Assembly (NCBI RefSeq): GCF_009914755.1
Contig: NC_060925.1
Source: the human T2T-CHM13v2.0 reference genome, Homo sapiens
DNA: 64,000 bases
Direction: 5' to 3' (one strand)
Below the pieces are notes generated by a model. The model was given only the letters and a program-made list of their open reading frames with translations. It made no database searches and had not been told where the DNA came from. The translations under genes were made by a program, and so were the position numbers. Of the stretch, positions 56,459-64,000 are shown in pieces (the stretch's first letter is position 1; every line of letters starts with the position of its first letter).

Positions 56459-57925
56459 TGTTGTTGTTGTTGGCAAAAAACATTATTTTCCTTTAAAATA
56501 AAATGTACAACCAAAAAAGCTCAGGGCCTGGAGCAGTAGGGAAGACAGGGGTATACCAGGGAGCCCATTTCAGGGTAGGGACCTGTGGGTCTGATCCCTC
56601 CACCCCATACCTTTGTAAAGGAGGGGAGGTCTATAAGCCAGAAATTTCAGAAGGGAAGGGAAATATATGCTGTGCTGGTGCTTTTTCTGGAATGGGTCAT
56701 CCTTTAGGTACAGAACACCACCTTCATCGATGACATCAGAACCACAGACTGGCAGAGCCTTGGAAATCACATAACACACCCATCCCCCATCACACACATG
56801 GACACATTGAGGCTCAGATAGGGAAGGATATGCACCCTAAGGCACACCCCAAATCAAAAAGGCAAGGTCAGGACTACACCACCTGAGCAGCTTTAGCAGG
56901 GGACTGTGGCCCCAGGCCTGGATATGCACAGTATATCATGAGATACATCAGACATGTGAATGACCTTGTGGAGAGAAATGGCTGTGATTGTCAGGGAGCA
57001 GCCACTGCCCAGGGGCGCCTGACCTCAGCAAAAGGTGGCTATGTAAAGGCCAAAAACTGGATGGTGGTCATGAGCCTCTGGACTCTTTTCAGCACCAAAT
57101 GGTGGAGGTCTCTGCTAGCTCAACTTCTTGGGGCTTCTCAGGTAGGGTTGCTGTTGCTTGAGGGCCGGGGAGAGGCCAGCAGCACTGGAGTCAGCTTTGG
57201 CCTCTGCCCTTCTGTCTCACCCCACCTCTGTCTTCAGTAGGGACAAGAGAGGACGCGGGGTGGGGAAGACCAGAGTAGAGCAGCACCTTGTTTCTGGCTT
57301 CCGGGCAGTGGGCTGCCTCCTCCCAAGCAGGATTGAAGGGTTCAGAATAGCTTTTCCTCAGGTCAAGAGGGTATGCTCTTCGCTCCGGAAGTCCCACCAT
57401 GCTGAACCCTATGTTGGTTAGGAGGACAGCATACTCCAGGCGGGCAAAGACGGTGCACACCCCAGCCTAGCAATACACATGCCCAAAGTAGACAGCCAGT
57501 GCTGAGAAGGCGATGTGCCGACCATGCAGAGCCGCTGTTCCAGCCTGGGACTTGCCTTCGTGTGCTTCTCGGTCAGCCGGAGAATGCGGCGAGGCGCATG
57601 CGACCAAGTAGCACAATGAAAGCATTTTCGGGACCATGAGGTCCTTGGAGGAGATTTGAGCGAGCAAGGGCCAGCACGAGCTCTCCACGCCGCCGAGGCC
57701 GAAGTTGAGGGGGCAGAGCGGGAGATGCCAGGAACACTGGGAGGTGCAGCTGGGTCAGTGGCTGCAGGAGGCTCAGGCCACCGAGCAGACATGTGGAAAC
57801 GTCACGCGCAGCGCTGGGGCGCCTCCCTGCCCACGGCCCAGCTCCTCGAGGGCAGCAGATGGGCACCCAGGCAGTGGCAGCCAGGATGTAGGGGGAACCC
57901 GGGCCAGGCTGAGGGGCGGGAACGT
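56459..57925 (-). pseudogene. Processed pseudogene of PGAP2 (post-GPI attachment to proteins 2 / FRAG1); coding homology ~57342-57866, 3' UTR and degenerate poly(A) toward 56459
   Basis: Frameshifted minus-strand peptides LPSRSWAVGREAPQRCA*RF, SCTSQCSWHLPLCPLNFGL, ENAFIV, RLTEKHT, FSALAVYFGH, VFARLEYAVLLTN, AWWDF, PEEKLF* match PGAP2 in order without introns; perfect TSD ctaagcatgaaactt at 56444-56458 and 57926-57940; (TTG)n tail. Confidence 0.93.
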
Positions 57926-59944
57926 CTAAGCATGAAACTTGCCACTTATTTAGCCTGTATTCCTTGACTCCGATAATCCCGCAGAACAAAGTCTTCATGA
58001 TTCTTTCTTCTTAACAAAAACACCAGCTGATTTGCGTGCTGAGGTGGATTAGGGAAAATACCTGTGTAATTAATGGTAGCGCGGTCTTGGGAATCAGGCC
58101 TCCAGAGTTCCAGTTCTAGTTCTACCTTTAAGGAACCACATAACCTTGGGGAAGTGGCCCCCTTCCTCCGTCTGCATTTTCCTAGTGTGTATTACAGCAA
58201 TTACTTTTGCAGCAACCTAATAAAATGAGAGTATTGGGCTAGATAGTCGTGAAGGGTCCTTTGAGCTCTTGAGCCTTCCTGTCTGTATGTTAAACCCACT
58301 TAGTGTTAAGGCCCCATTCTCAGGCCTGCTTACCGCCCTCTTATCCCTGTTGGAGGTGGGAGAGGACAAAGCTGTTTTTCAGACATCTTAAGTTAAGCCC
58401 AGGCTCTGTGCAGAGGATGAAGTTACTGATTACAGAGCAATTTGTTCAGGAGACACTGAAGATAATTAGCAAGAGAAGAGTCAGTGTGTCTTGAATGGAG
58501 TTCTTCTAATCCCTTAGGCATTGATCAGTCAATTCCATGAGCACTACACTAGCTGGTCAGGACTTCGACCTGGGGAACTAAATGCAAGAGCTTCACAGGC
58601 ACTAAATAAGCACTTGCAAGAAGGCAAATTTAGTTTCACTTGGGGGATGCTTGATGCCCAAGAGAAATGACTGCCATGCCATTTAATTCTCTTCTCATTT
58701 AACATTCATTCAGGTGAACATTTTTGAATCCCTGGTACGTAGGAGATACTGTCAGTAGCAAAAGTGACTATGCCACCTTCCCTCCCCTCAGGAAACTTTT
58801 AACACAGTGGAAGAGACAGACTCGTCAAAACTGCAATACAAAGCAGAATGTAAAATGGAGTAAGCGAGGCACCCCCAAGGTGCTATGGGGGTTGAGAAGA
58901 AGGTGAGCCCTGAGTTGGTTGGGGTCGTCCTGACTCCAGAAGGATGGCTGGGTACATGGTCACCACAACAGGATGAGAGGACACTTGAGGTGGAGGGGAT
59001 GGCATGAGCAAAATCGTAAAAGAGGGACAGTCTGGGGCAAAAGAGAAAGCGGATGGTGGTCGATTTGCCTAGATTACAGCACTCTACACACTACAAAATA
59101 GAATTAGAAAAATATACCAGGTTTAGCTTGTTTGAAACTTGAAAAGATGTTGGGCTTAATTTACTGGCAGTGAGGAGACACTCGGGGTTTCTTTTTGGCA
59201 TAGGAATAGCATGATGTGCATTATGTATGTAGAGTTGCACATTAATAAAATATTAACAAATGAAAGGAATGCATTCCCATCTTGTTCTTCTGAGATGAAA
59301 CCAAGAAGCTATACAAAAGGAAAAGAAGGATTGCAGCATTTCACACTCCCCATAGTTCTGTGAAAAGTAAGAGTTGGCAATGCCTAGCTCCATGCCACTG
59401 TTTCTGGATTCTCCAGTGATTCCCTGGGCTGGTGGAATCAGAGAGGTGTGACAAGAAGCTGTTTTCCCCAAATGACTCAGCTGCCAGGTGTTACATGCAT
59501 CTGGCTCAGGAAAAACAACCACATGGAGATCTGTTTGTTACTCAGAGTTCCCTCTAGGTGGCCAGAAACATCCCCTAAAGTAGTTAAATGAAAGAAAAAG
59601 AGAAGGTCAGAAAAAGCATTCACAAATACTGAGTTGCTTAGCTGTGTATGTGGCTGTTTGAAAAGTTTCCTGGAAGTGTGTTCAGGGGGAGAAAAGCCTA
59701 ATCCTTCAGGTCCCTATCTGCTGAGGGTCGGGTGAAGATTCTGGGAAGTTGGAGTAAGTAACATTCACACTGATTAAGATAAAAATAAGACAATGACAAA
59801 ACCAAACATGTTTACTAATAAGTAGTCCTTGGTATTGTGGATGTGCTTATTGCAATTCCCTCTGTGTACTGCTTGTCATAAGATAAAAATGATGCAAGGA
59901 CACAGAAAGACGGAAGAGGGGTATGCTTAGAATTAGGCAGGAGA

Positions 59945-60419
<475 letters not shown>

Positions 60420-60483
60420 TCATTTTAGGGCTGGTTAAGTCTAAAGATGACAGGGAGTGTAAATTAAAATTGCTCAAATCAAT

Positions 60484-60593
60484 AGCCAGGCACAGCAAAA
60501 CATTCCTGTAGTCCTAGCTACTCAGGAGAAGGCTTAAGTCCAGGAGTTCAAGACCAGTCTGGGCAACATAGCAAGACTGGTCTCTTAAAAAAG
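60484..60593 (+). mobile_element. FLAM-like Alu monomer
   Basis: cctgtagtcctagctactcagg...caggagttcaagaccagtctgggcaacatagcaagac. Confidence 0.75.
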
Positions 60594-60744
60594 GTTACTC
60601 AAATCACAAGGAGAGCCAGAGTTCATTTAAACTAGTGATCTTAAAAAACCTTGATAAGGGCAAATGATTGTTACCAGAATTACCTGAGGCATTTATAAAA
60701 CTTTTTACTATAGAAGAATCAAAACACATACAGAATAAACAAGA

Positions 60745-61630
60745 GTGATGTCACTGAAAATGACTAGGGAACTTAAAAATCTGTTTCCATTAAAGCAGTG
60801 ATTTAACTGGCAAAAACTGTCAGAATCAAAATTTTCAGAGCTCTGGAATCCAATTAAAAAAAGTTACAACAAATAGGTGAATGCTGGTTGAATGAATGAA
60901 GAAAGAAGCTGCTGAATTTGGGGAAGAGAGCACTGGGTTGTTTTAACTTATTCACCAAGCCCCACTCAGTTCGGCAGCAGCTGTGAAGACAGTGATCTAT
61001 ATTCCTGGAAAAGGTTGCTGGTACTAGCAGGAGCAATGATCTTATTCTTATTTTCAAAGAATTTTGGTTGTATGTTTTAAGCTGCCCGGTGGCTCCCTGA
61101 AAGATAGGCTCAGGGCTTGCCTTTGTTTTTCTTGACTTGGATCTTTCTCAGGGCCGAAGCGGCTGGTCGAAAGCATTTAAAAGCTGCAGCCACCTGTGGC
61201 AAGGGATAAAAGTGAGGGCGAGCAGTAGATGGGTAATCCTAGGAAGGAAGAGGTGGCTAGGGAAGGAGATACATGGGGGAGTAAGGGCTTTGAAAAGCTC
61301 CTGTGCATACTGGGGAATCTAGAAGGCCACCACGTACTCAGGGCTGGACACATGCCCATGGAAGACCTGAGGAGACCCCAAGCTTTCACTTCTGGCTGAC
61401 CTGTAGGTTCCCTGAAAGCAGGAAGTGAAGGCTAAGGCAGAATCGTAAATGGCTTGTGTTTGAAGAAGTGCCCCATCACAGAACCAATATACAAAGACTG
61501 GGAGGATAGTTTTTCATTTTTCTTTGGCTCCAGGTGTTTAAGGACACCTCTGTCATCTCAGTAGCTGACCACTTAACATAACAGAACAGAGACTTCAGTG
61601 GCCATGCATGACAAAGAATACAGTCTTTAC
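60745..61630 (+). mobile_element. Old L1M 5'-region-like fragment
   Basis: actggcaaaaactgtcagaatcaaaattttcagagctctggaa...acaaatag...; resemblance by recall only. Confidence 0.45.
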
Positions 61631-62835
61631 ACACACACTAAACAATAAACACAATGGTATATGAATCCATCATCCTGCTCCCACAATTATCAACATTTGG
61701 CCATTCTTGTTTCATCCATCCTGTGACCCACTACCCACACTCCACTTGGTTTTATTGTTATCTTTTTACAGTTTCTTAAAAGGTAATCTTTATATACATT
61801 GAAGATAAATATTACCTTTTAATAAATGTATACAAAATGTATTTACATATATTTTAACTAGTCAGTTTTGACAAATGAATATGTATGCTTCTGTAACCTG
61901 CATTTCTACCAGGATATAGAACTTTTCCATCTTCTTGGAAAGTTTCCTCATGACCTTTCCAGTAACTCCCCTAGGATTTATTGTTTTCATACTGCCTATG
62001 TTCCAATCCCTTGCCTTATTGGCCCTCCCCCCTGAGACTGTCAATCACTGCCTTAGGGAGCCACTGTTATTGGTGGGAGCATGTGAGGCCTCTTATGTAT
62101 CTGCCTGGCCAATCCAGTATTCCATGTAACAAGTAGAGTAAATACTCATGGACGCTTTGGGAGAAAAGGCCAGAGGTGAGTAGTACCCCCAACAGACGTG
62201 GAGGTTCCTAGATTATGTCACTGTAGAGTGTGGCTGCTGGTGGTGGTGGTGGTGGTGGGAACGGCAGCAGTAGCAGCAGCAAGGGGCTTCTGAATGAGGA
62301 ACCCTCCATGGAATGTTAGGCAGGAGCTTTCAGAATGGTTTAATTCCTCAAGCCTCTGCATATGCCAGTCCCTTGTCCTGTATCACCGGATATTATCAGG
62401 TTGCTTCTTATACATTCTTTTAGAAAGCTCACCTAGATTCCTGATTAGACCTGATACCCTCCTTTTTGCTCCCACTTTGCATTTCTATTATGATGCCACG
62501 TCATATTAAAACTGTGAGCGTGTTGGTGCCCTGAAATAGTTGTAAACTTTTTGAAGTCAGAATTGGGGGCTTATACATCTGTGGATTTTCAGCCTCTAGG
62601 CTGATTATATATAGTAAGCACAGAATACATGTTTTGAAAGTAGATTCCTCTTGCAAATGTGGCCTTTCACCTTATACCTCAGAGCATGGGCCATTTTGTG
62701 GACTAACACTTTTCCCTGTCTATCGGAGAGTTGTGTTGTAAGAGCATGTCATTTACCACAATGGGAGCTTGACCTGACTATGGGTCTGAATCAGTTTTGA
62801 TGAGGTTTGGGATGTGTGTGGGCCAAAAATAGCTA

Positions 62836-63440
62836 TTTTTTTAAAAAAAGAATAACCACTTATTAGAGTAGATACAGAACCCTTGTTTGGCCAAATTTTA
62901 ATACTGCTTTACATGTTTTCTGTTTGTGAAACAATTCTTATTACATTTATAACCAAAAATTTCAACTGATAACAGATTTAATTTTCACTGTCAAACACAC
63001 AGTTGATAATCTTGAGGGGAAAATACATCAAAGGCGTATATATATAATTATAGAAGTTCTTATTGTACATGTAGTATGGAAGATACATTTTATTACTTTT
63101 TACATATTCTGGAAGACATTCAAATGAAGGTAAATAAATTCAAACTGGTTGGTAAACTGTTCTGGTGCTTTCAGGTCCTTCATTTTCTTTTTTTGTTATA
63201 AGAAAATCCAAAATTATTGTTGAATTTCTCATCGTACATTCATCTAAAAACAGTAAAAAAAACTTGTAAAGGAAGACTGAAGATTGGTTAATTTAGGCGT
63301 TTTATAGTGGCTCATCATTAATTGACTGCTGGGGATACCTGCTAGAGAAGGAAAAAAAGTTGGAGAAAATTCCTCTAGTTATTTAAATCTGGTAAAGAAA
63401 TAAAACAAAACAGACAAAGATAATTGCAAAGCCACACGAT
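62836..63440 (-). pseudogene. 5'-truncated retrocopy of an unidentified mRNA 3' UTR
   Basis: Flanking near-identical repeats gccaaaaatagcta (62822-62835) and gctaaaaatagcta (63441-63454); T-run at 62836; minus-strand AATAAG at 62859-62864; AT-rich UTR-like body with TGTA motifs. Confidence 0.6.
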
Positions 63441-63912
63441 GCTAAAAATAGCTAATTTTGAAGCGTGACGCTTATTCACTTTTGTACCTTCTGCAAAGTG
63501 CCAAGCATGTCAGAAGCACCACCAAGGCTGGCACTGCCCCATCCCAGGTCAGCTGGGCTCATGGTGCTCCACCCTGAAGGAGACCTCATGGTTTTCCCGT
63601 CTTCTCCCCAACATAAACCATCATCCCTGGGAAACGTGTCTGTGTAAGCCCCAGCTTGGGGCATGCTTCTGCCCATCAGTGTGGAGCCTGGTCCTTCAGG
63701 CTGATAAAGGATCTCATTCCATTTATTGAAGAGTGACCTTTCTTCACCTTCCATTGTGATTCCTTTTGAAAAGTTCCTGGCTTCCTCTTCCACCCTGTAG
63801 CAGGGAGCTGGCTGCCAGGCAAAGTCTGAGCAGGCTTGAGGAGAGTGGCTGAGCAGGGTAAATAGAAGGTTGTGAGGAAGGAAGTTATTTTTGGTCATTT
63901 ATGGTTGAGAGG

Positions 63913-64000
63913 TGTCTTAGCCTGAATTTCTTAGGAAACAGAACCTGAAGCAAAGTTTATGAGCTCATGCTCTGTAGGGGTGTGGGAGTACAATTCCAGG
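63913..64000. mobile_element. LTR16-like ERVL LTR edge (runs off the window)
   Basis: tgtcttagcctgaatttcttaggaaacagaacctgaagcaaag. Confidence 0.45.

Noticed and set aside
57418-57998. Overlapping GC-rich ORFs on both strands as a possible novel gene
   Set aside because: Explained by the frameshifted PGAP2 retrocopy and by stop-codon scarcity in GC-rich DNA
63476-63898. 140-aa minus-strand ORF beside the orphan retrocopy
   Set aside because: Lies outside the TSD-bounded insertion and shows no protein family I recognise; likely chance

Overview
Human (or very closely related ape) genomic DNA, recognisable as the UCK2 locus (chr1q24 by recall). The + strand carries the end of intron 1, coding exons 2-7 of UCK2 (uridine-cytidine kinase 2; exon 1 with the P-loop lies upstream of the window) and a ~3.8 kb 3' UTR ending near an AATAAA at 27724. 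The remaining ~36 kb is intergenic and dominated by Alu, L1, L2, MIR, MaLR LTR and DNA-transposon fossils. It also holds a minus-strand processed pseudogene of PGAP2 with a perfect 15-bp target-site duplication, and a second ~600-bp retrocopy of an unidentified 3' UTR. Almost all ORFs in the supplied track are chance or repeat-derived. I see no evidence of a wholly new biological system. The most interesting signals are: (i) extra well-formed exons inside UCK2 introns (a MIR-derived alternative N-terminus lacking the P-loop, a 58-nt poison exon, an in-frame intron-4 exon); (ii) inverted Alu pairs bracketing exons 2-3 and exon 6; (iii) an Alu-Alu unequal-crossover tandem duplication; (iv) a ~215-bp dispersed duplication of apparently non-repeat DNA; (v) CpG-island-like composition confined to the coding part of the PGAP2 retrocopy. 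Repeat boundaries and subfamily calls were made by eye and are approximate.
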